DNA of 64,000 bases from the human T2T-CHM13v2.0 reference genome, Homo sapiens. The position numbers and the translations under genes are program-made. A model generated the notes under the pieces. That model was not told the DNA's origin. It made no database searches and worked only from the letters and a program-made list of their open reading frames with translations. The stretch's first letter is position 1, and each line of letters begins with the position of its first letter. Shown piece by piece: positions 12,640-30,257 of the stretch. The DNA lies in NCBI RefSeq assembly GCF_009914755.1, contig NC_060933.1; one strand, given 5' to 3'.

Positions 12640-14241
12640 ACCATTATCAATAAACACATTTACTTCTATTTCCAGTCTATCAGCATGGGTCCCTTTACAG
12701 TTATCCAAAGCAAGAGCACTATATTTCAATATAAGTTACCATGCTTATTTACCCATGCCAAAGAGTGATTACAAAGTACTTGCAGCCTTTCAATATTGGG
12801 CACTTAATTACAGCAAACCCATGTAAGTCAAAAAGTAGATTTCTCCAAAGCAAAGTATATCTTCTTTCTCTTCTTTTTAAAAACTCCTATTAGATTGTGA
12901 AAATGTTCAAACATACAGAAAAGTTGAATTTTACAGTGAATACTCCTAGATTGATTCTATAGTTAACATCTTGCTATACTGGGAAAGGCTTCTTAAATTA
13001 CAATTTTGGCTATATCACTTCTTTGAGGATCAAAAGCAGCATTTCCTGTTAGTTTATGTACAGTGCTGTAGTTTAGGCATTTGTTTCCCTAAACCTCATG
13101 TTGAAATGTGATCACCAGTGTTGGAAGTGGGGCCCAATGGGAGGTGTTTTGGTCACAGGGGCAGATCCTACGTGAATCGCTTGTGCCATCCTCGTGGTAA
13201 TGAGTGAGTTTTCACTCTATTAGTTCCTTTGAAAGCTGGTTGTTGTTATAGAGACACAAATGGGCTAAGATACACAGTAAGAAAGGTCTGGTTCTGATAT
13301 TTAAAACATGGAAGAATTTTTAATCAGAATGAAGTGGGCGTTTTCTAGACTCACCATGAAAATAAAATATTCTCATTTTGAGACAGTTTTTTTTGGTGAG
13401 GGCGTGGAGAATTGAATAAAGAGAAGTCAGTAAAGTACCATGACGAAAAATAAATGAAGTGGCCTAGACACTAACAAAAATATCTGAGTTAAAGAAACAG
13501 TATTTGGAGAACAGAGAATAATTCACAACCATGCATGCCATACAATGCACACTGATCACTCACACCAACTGTGCATGATACTGTTTAGAAATTCTAATCT
13601 GTTCTAGCTCTAACATTGCTAACTCTCTAGCAGAAAATACACAGGCAGTAAAACAGTCCCTATAGACATTGTAATTATAGGAGGCTCAGCCCAGTTATAA
13701 CTGAAAGCACATGACCTGGTAAGATGTTACAAAATAATAGCTGTCAGCAAAGGAGGGCTTATAATTTCAAAGGATACTTTTTATTCTGCTTTAGTTTAAG
13801 GTGACAAGAAGCTATTTAAGTGATTACATTTGACCAAATGTAGCACTAATAGCCATTGTAATCTTCTCCGCCAACAAAATAAGACAATTTAGAAACATTG
13901 TTTTACTTGTCTTCACACTTTGGAGGTAGAAATCATGAAACATTAATCTCATGATTACCATAATTATGCTCTCAAACAGCCCAAGTGAAAGAACAATCAT
14001 TCTCACAAAATGGTGCCATAATGGTTAAAGCTTAATGTCTTGCTAATGATCAAGATGTATACACAACATAAAATAAATAGAATTGCTTGTTGTCTGCTGA
14101 AGTTCTTGGCAATGCTAAGGTAAGTTATCATTTTACTCTTTCCAGTTCTCAATAGCCAGCCCTCAAAGAGCAAGGGGTGGTAGGACAACAGGAATGAGTG
14201 GAAATGGTCTTCTCTGTCGGATCCCTCCTAACTGCAGTCAC
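12640..14241 (-). other. ELP1: ELP1 3' UTR (distal end approximate)
   Basis: Follows the TGA stop; minus-strand poly(A) candidates AATAAA (13785-13780) and AGTAAA (12664-12659). Confidence 0.6.
13064..13274 (+). mobile_element. MaLR LTR fragment (MST-like) within the ELP1 3' UTR region
   Basis: tgctgtagtttaggcatttgtttccctaaacctcatgttgaaatgtgatc...gggaggtgtttt...aatgggctaagataca. Confidence 0.75.
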
Positions 14242-14382
<141 letters not shown>

Positions 14383-15035
14383 CTAAACAAACTAGGCAGG
14401 TGGAGTTTGCAGCAATAAGACCATCAGAGCCAGAGTTCATGTGTCTGCTACCCCTGCAACCTCCAGGTCAGAGCAAACACAACCTGGAGGCCCTGCCCTG
14501 AGAGGAGGGACTGCATTTCAACCTCAGGCATGCTCACCCAGTGATTCAAAGTGGAAGAATGTTCTGTATTTCAAACTGGTGGGAGGGGTGGTGGCAGCAG
14601 TCACATGGCTGTATACATTTATTAAAACTCATCAAATTGTACACCTGAAATCTCTGCATTTCACTATATGTAAAGTCTAGCTCAATTTTTAAGGAATAGC
14701 AAAATGTGATAGCACATATTCAGTAAGTGAAGTTAATGGACAGGAACTACTTTATGATGAAACTTCGACAAACATGTTGATCAATAAAGATGCCCCTGCT
14801 TTAAAAAAAGTGAATGGAGAGAGAGGGTTAGGAAAAGATTCTGTCATTGTAACCTAAAACTCCCAGGCACTCTTTCACTTAGATTTGTTAAGTTTCTTTT
14901 CTAACCAGGAATCATATACTGCAAGCAGAGATAGGAGAAAATATGTATATATAAGGATTTTCTTTTTCAGCATTATTTATGATAAACTTCCAGCAGTAAA
15001 TCTGTACATATGAGCCATGCAGGCATGAAAAATTA

Positions 15036-17530
<2,495 letters not shown>

Positions 17531-17649
17531 AAGATATAAGAATATCAATACTGAAAAAAGGCTACTTAAATAAATTCACTATCAACAAGGTATTTCTTAA
17601 ATTCCAATTAAAGTTGGAATAAGACTTTATCTTAAAAAAACTAGTTACA

Positions 17650-18018
<369 letters not shown>

Positions 18019-18867
18019 CTACAACTATATTTGATTCTAGACTTAACTTGAAATAAACACAAAGTACAGACTTTTGGGCAAGAAAGTAATTATTCTGACA
18101 AATTATATGACAGCAGGACATGACATATTTCACATTTCCATATGTGGATTTCACAGCACACAAAAAAGGCCATTTTTATAAAAATAACTTGAGGGCTTTT
18201 CAATTTTTCTAAGGACCTCTCTCAATCCTTTGATAGTCAAAATCATTTGAAGCACTTATTTTGTCATCAATTGCAACAAGTCCAACCCAGCTGTGATTCA
18301 AGTACTTTTCCAATATCATTTTAATCTATTTTATGTAATACTAAATTTTTGCAAGACTTGCAATTGATCTGCATGATATTGTATTGCATCAAAGCAGGAA
18401 ACAATCAGAAATGACCCATCAAGTCATTGATTTCACTTGTGGGGATGTGCCAATATACTTAACTATTGTTAGCTGGGGAGGGGCAGCTGAGTAATATTTG
18501 AGTGGCACTAATTTTGTGATTAGTTCATCAGTGGCAATTTTTGAATTATAGGAACTTACCTTTTCCTATACATCCTTGAAACCACAAGGGTAATGATAAT
18601 AAACACTCAGATAATGAGGGGCTCTCAAATATTACAGAGTGTCTTTAAGGCTCAGCTGGAAAACAAGAAAGTGCTCTTTGAAGTGGGAAAGCCATCTAGA
18701 ATACCCTGGGGAATGATGGGACTGACCTAACCTGAAGGTCAGCATCAGGCCAGCAACGAGGAACACAGGAGGCAGAAATCACAACTGGATTGGACTACAG
18801 CACAAAATAAACAATGACCAAATGGCCTCAGGTCTAATGTAAGTTCCTAGCATCTGGGAAATAAGTG

Positions 18868-19020
18868 GGCTGGGCACAGGGGCAGACGCCTGTAATCCCA
18901 GCACTTTGGGAGGCCGAGGCAGGAGGATCACTTGAGACCAGGAGGCTGAGACCAGCCTGGGCAACATATTAAGACCCCATCTGTTTTTTTTTCTAAATGA
19001 AAAAACTTAAGAAAAAAAAA
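18868..19020 (+). mobile_element. Alu left monomer / FLAM-like
   Basis: ggctgggcacaggggcagacgcctgtaatcccagcactttggg...ccccatct then T/A tail. Confidence 0.85.
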
Positions 19021-20022
19021 GGAATAAGTGGATATGTCGAAACTGATACCAAAAGTACCTTGCCATTCTCTAGACAGAAGAGGAGCTAGGAATACAGTAG
19101 TTACAGTCTGGATGTATGAGTTTAGCTGGGATGGAAGGTAGCTGTTCTTCCTGGTAGCAACATAAGCTGTTAAAGTCAAACTTAATTTGAATCCCCACAG
19201 GCTACTTCAAATGTCATCAAAATGCTATTACAGTGTAGCACTTCGGTGAAAAAAAATTTCAGAAAGTTGCTTGTCACATGCTAGAAATGCAAATAATAGC
19301 AGTTAAAACTGCCAATTATTTTAGAAACTATCATTCACTTTTCAAAGCTAAGATGCTTCATTGATCCAACTATAAGTAAGGGCAAATACTGAAAGTCCCA
19401 AGCTGACTCATCAAATAGTTTCTAACCAACTTTCAAAAGAAAGCGCTTAGGGTTTTTAATTTTTAGGGATATAAGTAATCTAATTGAGAATCATCTCCCC
19501 TCAACAAATAAAACACTTCATGCATAACTAAACAGGAAATATGTATAAAATGCTAATATTCTTTGGATTTGCCTTCAAATTATATTGTCAATCCTAAACA
19601 TAATAAAAAGGTCCCACTCATAAGCAAGGTTTATGAAAATGCCCCCAAGATGCAAAGCATAACTGCCAATAGCCAGTAATGATGCTTCAGAAGAATCTTT
19701 TGATGTATATGTAAATGTAGACAGTTTAGACTGAAACTGGAACTGTGGTGTGCCTTTATGAACAAGCATATGCCACATAAATATTTTTAAAAATTACACA
19801 TACAATGGTCATGCTGGATTTTCCTGCACCAGGTCTCCCACCGCTAGAAGCATGAAACTGATCATACTAAAGATGCGGTCTTAGAATTGAGGAAGAATTG
19901 TAGTCAATTTTTTGTAGTGAAAAATTGTATCCAATCTCTCCTTATACTGCTGATCTTCTCAATACTTACAGAAAGATAGTCCTTCTGCTTAGTATTGTAA
20001 TATTAAATGAGAAAAAATACTA

Positions 20023-20121
<99 letters not shown>

Positions 20122-20744
20122 TCAGCAAAGATTATCTAATACTTCTCAAGACTTCCAATACCAAAGGCCAAATCCCTACCAGCAGAAAACAGCCTGTCAT
20201 TTCTACTGGTATGGTGTGAAACACAGTAATTCTCTTTCCCAATGTGATTTTAATTTGCCAGTTTCTCCAGCTGCAACTCAGACTTCTAATTCTCCTTTCT
20301 CCCAGAACAAGGTAAAGATGGGGGGTGGAGGAAAAGAAAAGAAACGAAACTCTACAGTGATATATCTTGGCCTTTTCTAAATGAGCAAACCACTCCCTGA
20401 GGAAAGGGAAAAGAGTAAAAGAGGCTACAAATACGTAGAGTATCAATTATACGCAAAGAGTTATGGGAAACAAACATTTTTAGGTTGAAATAAATACAAA
20501 CATGTGCATACTATGGAGCAGAATGGAAACTGTGCACATGTGCTCCAGGTAAAACACAAGACTCCGCAGGAATTTCAAGCCTGCAGCGAGCCTCTGGGCA
20601 CACCCCTGGTTAGTGCAGACCCTTGGTGGCACACTCTCAAGAGCAATGCCATGAGAAGTCACTCACGGTATCCTGCACATACCACAACCATACTTCACCA
20701 ATCAAAACCACAATCATAAAATTGATGTCTTAGAACTTAATGTG

Positions 20745-21048
20745 GGAGGCATGGTGGCTTACACCTGTAATCTCAGCACTTTGGAAGGCCAAGGCAGGAG
20801 GATCACTTGAGGCCAGGAGTTCAAGACCAGCTTGGGCAACACAGCAAGACTCCCTCTCCCCACGTCTAGGAAAAAATTTTAAAATTAGCTGGGCATGGTG
20901 GTGTGCACCTGTGGTCCCAATTACTCAGGAGACTGCGGTGGGAGGACTGCTTTAGCCCAGGCATTCGAGGCTGCACCAAGCCATGATTGATCATACTGTC
21001 ACTGCACTCTAGCCTGGGTGACAGAGCAAGAAAAAAATAAAATAAAAT
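20745..21048 (+). mobile_element. Alu (AluJ-like)
   Basis: Dimeric Alu with A-rich tail. Confidence 0.9.
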
Positions 21049-21121
21049 AGACCTTAATGTGAATATGTGATCAGAAGAGAAGATCACTCATGGGAGTGGT
21101 ATTATAAATTATTATCTTCAA

Positions 21122-21414
21122 GCCGGGCACGGTGGCTGATGCCTATAGTCCCAGCACTTTGGAGAGGTGAGGTGGGCAGACCACTTGAGCCCAGGAGTTG
21201 TTCAAGACCAGCGGGGACAACTTGGTGACACCCTGTCTCTACAGAAAATTTGAAAATTAACCAGGTGTTGTGGCATGCACCTGTAGTCCCAGCTACTCAA
21301 GAGGCTGAGGTGGGAGGATCACCTGAGCCCGGGGCGGTGGATGCTGCAGTGAGCGGTGATCACTGCACTCCAGCCTGAGCAACAGAGTGAGACCCTGTCT
21401 CAAAAAACAAAAAC
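21122..21414 (+). mobile_element. Alu (AluJ-like)
   Basis: Dimeric Alu; flanking aattatcttcaa-like duplication. Confidence 0.9.
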
Positions 21415-21646
21415 AATTATCTTCAAAAGTACTACAGTTTTGAAGATGATGATCACATTTCTTCTAAGAAATACCTATTATAATAAATTCAAGAAGTTCT
21501 GGGGCCCTGATTCCTAGTTGCTTTTATTTCAACAGTTTGTAAAGTGCTTTTACACACACCCTCTTATTTAACCTTCAAAGCATTCTATTGAAGCACACAG
21601 AGAAGTCTTATGCCCATTTCTAAATGAGGAAATCAAGACATGATAA

Positions 21647-22257
<611 letters not shown>

Positions 22258-23031
22258 TAGCTGGCTGGCACCCTCCTCTCAGAGGTTCAAGAGCCAGCTC
22301 TACAGGGCCCCACTTCCAGGCTTCTAAATTCTAATAATCCCCAACAACTCCTCCTGTTCCCTCAGCTAGAGGGTAAAGCTGCTTCCTACAGTTACTATCT
22401 CAATGTCCTTCCTCTGTATTTCCCTTTTGCCTTGTTTAGTCCTCTAATACTTATTTAACAAATCCATATATTAAATTCTGTGATAAAATAATAGATAGGC
22501 TTTTGTTTTCCTTTCTAGATCTTGACTGATACACCAGCCTTTTTGAATCCAAATAAAAACTCTTAACAATAGACTTGAAGTATAAGAGAGTGAACAGAGG
22601 TATAAATAATAAACAGATGACAATATACTAGAATTCTGCGATACAAAGCTGATTCAGCCTTAAACACAACCCGCAAAGTCCATCATAACAACATAGAAGT
22701 GACAAGTCAAATTTTTCATAAAACAAAAGGAAAAGCAATTGCCTGGGGTCCCTTTAAAGCCTGATCCCATCCCTGAGTTCTGAAAGGAAAGTGAGAGGCC
22801 GTCTCTGACCCCATCTTCCCCCATCTCTCCCCACTCCAACCTCATTGAAGGCCAGGAGCAATCATGTGACTTTCCCATTTTCTCCATGACAGCTACTTCA
22901 TCCAGAAAGGAAAATGACAGTCCATTTAACCTATGCCAAGGTATACTAGTCACTCTACAGGCAAATATCAAATCTTACTGACAGCTTACACATAAATCTA
23001 AGATAATTTAACTATGGCATCTTATGTTTTA

Positions 23032-23310
<279 letters not shown>

Positions 23311-23752
23311 TTATATTCCCAGCTCCATTGACAGAATCATACATAGCTTCTATCCAAAGCCAAAAATTTCTATGATCCCACTGCAGGTCCTTTCTCCCAC
23401 ATTATCTTTTTTCTTCCCAAATGCTGGAATAATTAAACACATGTACTACAAAAAGAAAATCAAGCACGCTGGGGGGCCTACGCAGAAAGCAGTGTCCCAC
23501 AATTCTTTATCCTGGCCTAAGCATCTCTCCCAGTTCAGTTAGGGGGATGCCAAATGGAGGAAGGCTTCTCAGTTACCAGCTAAGAAGGGCTGCTTCAGGA
23601 ATGTGTGCAGACATGACCCTTCCTGCTAAAAGTTCTCATCTTTCCTCAAATTGGGAAAATGGTAGCTTAATCACCTACTGAACTCTGCCTGTCTGTACTG
23701 CCTATTCACTATTGTTTGTGGTCAGGAATCATCATCAGGACTGAGAATATAC

Positions 23753-23880
23753 CTTTCAGGTTTTCAGTGTTCTGCACCACTTCACTCAGTGCCTCCAGGA
23801 GGGCCAGGTCCTCCAGCGGACTGCCTTCTTTGAGGCTGTGCTTCTTCCGCTCCGCTTTTCGGCGATTCTTGGATGATCTC
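23753..23880 (-). CDS. ELP1: ELP1 exon 34 (basic region)
   Basis: cag|G AGA...AAA G|gtat; [42 protein letters not shown]; 128 nt. Confidence 0.96.
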
Positions 23881-24562
23881 CTGTTAGAAATTACACAGAT
23901 ATTTTTAAGCCTCCTGAGTAGCTAGGACTACAGGCATGTGCTACCTTGCCTGGCTACTTTCTTGCAGTTGCTGATGACCCCACACAACTTCACAGATCTC
24001 CATTTTAAATTCCTAAAGCAAAATTCAGTTTGAATATATAATCTTGCATTGCTTTACACATCCCAAGCAAGACTATAAACTCTTATAACTCATATCTCCT
24101 TATAAGTTTTTGGTAACATCTACTGCACCTACCATATGAGTGCTGAATAAATATTTCTGACAAATTACTATATTTGGTAAAAGTGTTATGACTTATTTTA
24201 CATTTATGGTCTCTTCCAATCCTGATTTTGAATTGAAGAAGCTTATCTTTTCATTTTTTCAGTGCCTATAATTTAGTCACAACATTTGTTCAAAAAATAA
24301 AATCAGATGTTAATATAAACTGAGCATTCAGGGGAGGAACTGCCTCGTGGGGAATGGGAAAACACACAAGCCACAAAGCTGAGGAAGAAAACCTTCCAAT
24401 GCCAAGTTTAATGTCTCAGATATGCTGGGAAAGTGTCTGAACAACTTCCACACAGCGCTGAAGAATATTCTCCCCACTCCCACTACACCGTCCCAGTAGA
24501 AAACCAATCTATTTGCTTCCACTTTCCCTATATGCCCAGGATATAGTCAATGTGCTGAATCA

Positions 24563-24727
<165 letters not shown>

Positions 24728-25181
24728 CTAATGTGTGGGTTTACTTTCAGGGCGGTAAATGAACTAACTAGAGTCAACTGGTGCATATCAAAGGATGGAT
24801 GAAAATGATTGCAAAGTTGATCTCAAAATGAATGAGATAATATTAAATACAGTAATTACTAATGTAAATCAGTAGTTTCCTGAACTTTTTTCTGGAAATG
24901 AGGAAACTCATTTTGTTAGACACGGAAGTGGTCAGCTGCTCTGGGTGAATGGGGGTAGGTGGGAATGTCTGGCAGAGCTCTCCCCATTCATGCTTGGTCC
25001 TGCCCTTCACCAACACACAAACACAGACACAGAGGGCCCTGAAGGGGCTCCACAGAAGCCTCACACTTGCCCATGGCACAGTAATCAGATTGCAGGCGGA
25101 TCACCAAGCAATCTAGACAATGTGTGGCGTTACCCAACCCCACTGCCCCCGCACGTCGATGGCCTTCACGCAGATACTCAC

Positions 25182-25295
25182 CCAGACCTGCCTGCTGGGC
25201 TTGCTCCTTGAGCTCTCGAACTACCAATAAACGTTTCTTGTGGCGACTGAATGTGGCTGTCTGAGAGTCCAGAAATGCCATATAATTTTTCTGGG
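25182..25295 (-). CDS. ELP1: ELP1 exon 32
   Basis: cag|CC CAG...CTG G|gtgagt; [37 protein letters not shown]; 114 nt. Confidence 0.96.
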
Positions 25296-25571
25296 CTGGA
25301 GATGCAGAATGGAAAATAGTTTGAGCATGAGGTTTAAGCAAAGAGAAAAAACTAAAGGCGGGGAGCAGTGAAGGAGGGTTAAAATTCAGCAAAAAGAAAG
25401 AGGTTACTAGGTTTTCCAAGCGAGCTCTTTTTCCTTAATAAGCATTAACAAATTAGAGACTGAGATTCCAGATCTTAGAGTTCATCAACATTATCCCAGA
25501 ATATGCGCTACCACTGAACTTGTAAAATCACCTGAACGAAGACTTGATACCTAAAGCAAGGGAGGATTGGC

Positions 25572-25627
25572 AAAACAAACAAACAAACAAAACAAACAAA
25601 CAAAAAAAGGGGGGGTAGGGGAGGGGA
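25572..25627. repeat. (AAAC)n tract followed by a G-rich run
   Basis: aaaacaaacaaacaaac...aaaaaaagggggggtaggggaggggg. Confidence 0.8.
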
Positions 25628-26834
25628 GCTCAGTTAACAAAAATAAGAAGAAAATTACCTAAATGTTTCTGGCTAAACATCCATCAAAATGCCCATGGAT
25701 GTGGAAAAAATATATCTAATAAATATTGTCCAATGGAAAAATACACAAGAGAAAAATAACACTAGTAGAATACATTTTAAAAAAGCAAAATACTACTATC
25801 CAAGGATGCATTTTATTAATAGGTTTTGGGCCTATGTAGATGAATTATCGACATTTATCTAAGAAAGGTTCTCATTAGTGGTGAAAATCTAAGTAAGAGC
25901 TGGTTAGATTATTATAGATGAGGAATGATGTTTTCAGTACCCAGTTAGAGGTACCTAAAGTGAATGACATAAAAAGTACTCCAGCAACGTTTTAATTAGG
26001 ATGGAGGAAGGGGGTGCAGACAAGGTAAGAATGTGCATACATGTAAATGTCAGAAAGGCCAGACGTTACTTACAGGGTAGATGTGCATAAAAATGCAGAA
26101 CTTAAAATCAACCACTCCCTAAGGTTTCTATAAGTCAAACTGATGTCCTTCTCCACTTTGCTTTTAAGAGGTCACAGTGACCATCTGAGTATTCTAGAAC
26201 TGGTAATATTCATATGCTCTCTAAGAACCACAAACTTCATTTGAAAAGGTAACTTTTAAAAAATACTTTGAAACGTTGAAACCTACATAAAAGTTGTAAG
26301 AGTTCAATGAACACACATATACCCTTTACTTTGATTTACCAATTACTAACATTTTGACATTTTTTTGCTTCCTGTTTCTCTGCATGCATACACACATTCA
26401 TTAACACTTTTGTGGAACCTTTTAAGAGTAAGGCAGAGATATGATCCTTCATTCCTAAATATTTCAGCATTTATCTCTTGAGAATAATAGGATATTATCT
26501 TATATAACCACAACATGATTATTAAATGCCAGAAATTTATCAGTGTTATATTATTATCTAATATAGTTCATATTCAAGTTTACTATTTCCAAATACAAAG
26601 ATTCTTAATCATATTTGATCACAGGTTTCTAACATTTAAATATTTTGTTACCATTTAATAGTTCAGCATATTTAAAAATTCTAGTGAGAATTAAATATTA
26701 TATCCAGGTGGTAATTTTGATTGAGTCTACATGACATATTATTAAGAAAACACAGTAAATAGGAGGAGACTCTCTCATCTCTCTCTCCTCACCTTCTTCC
26801 AAATGAGGAATTCTATCTAAAATGGAACCCTCAC

Positions 26835-26895
26835 CTTCTAAAATGGAAGGCTTTACGTTGGTTTCTATAATATCCAGTCTGTTATATTTGTATAC
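26835..26895 (-). CDS. ELP1: ELP1 exon 31
   Basis: tag|GTA...GAA G|gtgagg; VYKYNRLDIIETNVKPSILE; 61 nt. Confidence 0.95.
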
Positions 26896-27242
26896 CTAGA
26901 AGGAAAAACACAATAATTTTAGGAAGGAAAACTTCTAGTCACTGGAGAGTTAAGATACTTAGAAAGACATGGATTACTTTCAGAGGTAATCAGAATATTT
27001 TCCTGAAAAACAGGCCTCCTACAAGGCAGCCAAGGAAATTCAATTCATTTCAGTAAAAGACAGTAATATTTCAAATTATTATCAAGAATGATAAAAATGA
27101 TTTTAAAAACACCGCTTTTCCTTAAGCCAGGAACCTGACCTATTTCTACTTATTTCATGAACCTCAGAAGACAAGAGATTCCAACTGACCTGGAATCCCT
27201 TGCTTGCTCTCTCTGCTTAGCACCCAACATCCAGAGGATTTA

Positions 27243-27380
<138 letters not shown>

Positions 27381-27712
27381 CTACAAAACTAACCACAGAC
27401 CTGCCTCTATCTCCCTGGCCAGGGGAGAACTCCTAGTTCTCAACATCATGCCTATCCTAGAGTTCATGACTCCATAAATATTGATACAAAAGACAAGGAA
27501 GGGGTGTAAATCCTGAAAATAATGACAAAACACAAGGTAAGCATCATCTCTCTGCACGCCTGGACATCAAAACCACCAGAAACGTCTGTTAGACATGCCC
27601 ATCTCCCCAGCTTTACTACCAAGTTTGATTTAGCAGGTTTAGGTGGGCTCCAGAATTGTTAACAAGACCACCCTTTGAAAAAATAGTAGACTAGAATAGC
27701 AATCTTCTAAAT

Positions 27713-28003
27713 TTTTTTTTGTTCTTTTTTTTTTTTTTTTCTCAGACAGGGTCTCACTCTGTCGCCCAGGCTGGGATGCAGTGGCATAATCACAGCTCAC
27801 GGCAGCCTTGACTGCCTGGCCCCAAGTGATCCTCCTGCCTCGGTCTCCCATGTAGCTGGGACTACAGGAATATGCCACCACACCCAGCTAATTAAAAAAA
27901 TGTTTTTAGACAGGGTCTCACTATGTTGTCCAGGTTGGTCTTGAACTCCTAGCCTCAAGCAATCCTCCTGTCTCAATCTGCCAAGCAGCTGGGTTTACAG
28001 GCG
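27713..28003 (-). mobile_element. Alu (AluJ-like)
   Basis: Reverse Alu with T tail. Confidence 0.9.
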
Positions 28004-28004
28004 T

Positions 28005-28640
<636 letters not shown>

Positions 28641-29928
28641 CTTTGAGTGGCCAGCAGTTTTTGAAAACTCGGAAAATACTGAATCTTTTGGAAAAAAAAA
28701 AAAAAGAATAAACATGAAAGGTCATTAAAAAATTTCCTTAAACAATCATTGATCACTTAAAGCAAAAGCAATAACAAAGTATTATGGAGTGAATACTCTT
28801 GTAAGGTTTTTACACTATATATGAAGTAGTATACGATTATCTGAAGATATGGTCAGTTAATGATATTTATTATAAATCCTACAGCAACCACTAAAATACT
28901 GAAATGAAGAAGTATAGCTAATAAGCCAACAGTGGAGGTAAAATGGAATTATGAAAAATACTAAATCCAAAGGAAAGCAAAAAAAGAAAAAAACAAGAAA
29001 CAAAGGATCAATGAAACAAACAAAAAGCAAACAGCAAGACTGTAGGTTTAAATCTAACTATATTGGTAATCACATTCAATGCAAATGTCTAAACCCTCCA
29101 ATTAAAAGACAGAGATTGTCAAATTAGATTTAAAAAAAAAAAAGAACCAATAATGCTATCAACAAGGAACGCACTTTCAAAATAAAGACTACATTCAGCT
29201 AGATTAAAAGTAAAAGGATAGAAAAAGATATGCAATGAAAAGACTAACCAAGAGAAGGCTGGAAGAATTATATTAATAACATTAAAGTCAAATTCAGAAT
29301 TAGGAATAGTAACAGAGAAAGAAGGATATCAAAATGAATACATCTATAACATACTCATAAACATGTATGCACCTACAACAGAGCTTCAAAATACATTAAG
29401 CAAACACTGGTAGAATCAAAGGAGAAACAGACAAATACTGGGAGACTTCAACACTTTCCCAGTCATTGATAGAGCAAGTAGTGAGGAAATCAATAAGGAT
29501 ATAAAAAGCTAGAACAGCATGATCAACCTAATCTAACTGACATTTATAGAACACTCCATCCAATAATAGTAGCTTTCATATTATTTTCAAATACACACAC
29601 AACATTCTGTAAAACAGACCATATTATAAATTAAAATAAATTATAAATTTAAATTAATAAAATGTATGTTCTCTAATCACAACAAAATTAAAGTAGAAAT
29701 TAATAACAAAAAGATGGCTGGCAAATCTCCAATATCTGCAAGTTAAACATACTTCTAAATAAGCCAAGGTTCAATAAAGAAATCACAAGGGAAATTAGGA
29801 AATGAAAACAAAACATTTCAAAATTTGTATAACGTAACTAAAACGGTGCTTGAGGAAAATTATGGCATTATATGCTTAAACTATAAAGTAAGGAATCATC
29901 TCAAATCAATAGCTTTAAGCCATCACCT

Positions 29929-30257
29929 TGGCCAGGCACAGTGGCTTACACATGGAATCCCAGCACTTTGGGAGGCAGAGGTGGAGGGATCACTTGAGGC
30001 CAGGAGTTTCAGACCAGCGTGGGCAACTAGTAACACCCCATCTCTACAAAAAAAATTAAAAATTAGCCAGGCATGGTGGCATGCACCTGTAATCCCAACT
30101 ACTCTGGAGGCTGAGGGGGGAGGACAGCTTGAATGTAGGAGTTTGAGACTGCAGTGAACCATGATCGTGCCACTGCACTCCAGCCTGAGCAAGAGTGGGA
30201 CCCTGTTTCTTTAAAAAAACAACAACAACAAAAGAAAAAAATAAGAAAAAAATAAAA
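29929..30257 (+). mobile_element. Alu (AluJ-like) nested in L1
   Basis: Dimeric Alu; TSD-like taagccatcacctt on both sides. Confidence 0.92.

Noticed and set aside
12403-12729. 108-aa minus-strand ORF at the ELP1 3' end
   Set aside because: Non-ATG start, AT-rich, no motif; likely a chance ORF
25608-25627. Possible G-quadruplex gggggggtaggggaggggg
   Set aside because: Only three separated G runs, and C-rich in the ELP1 transcript; too marginal to support
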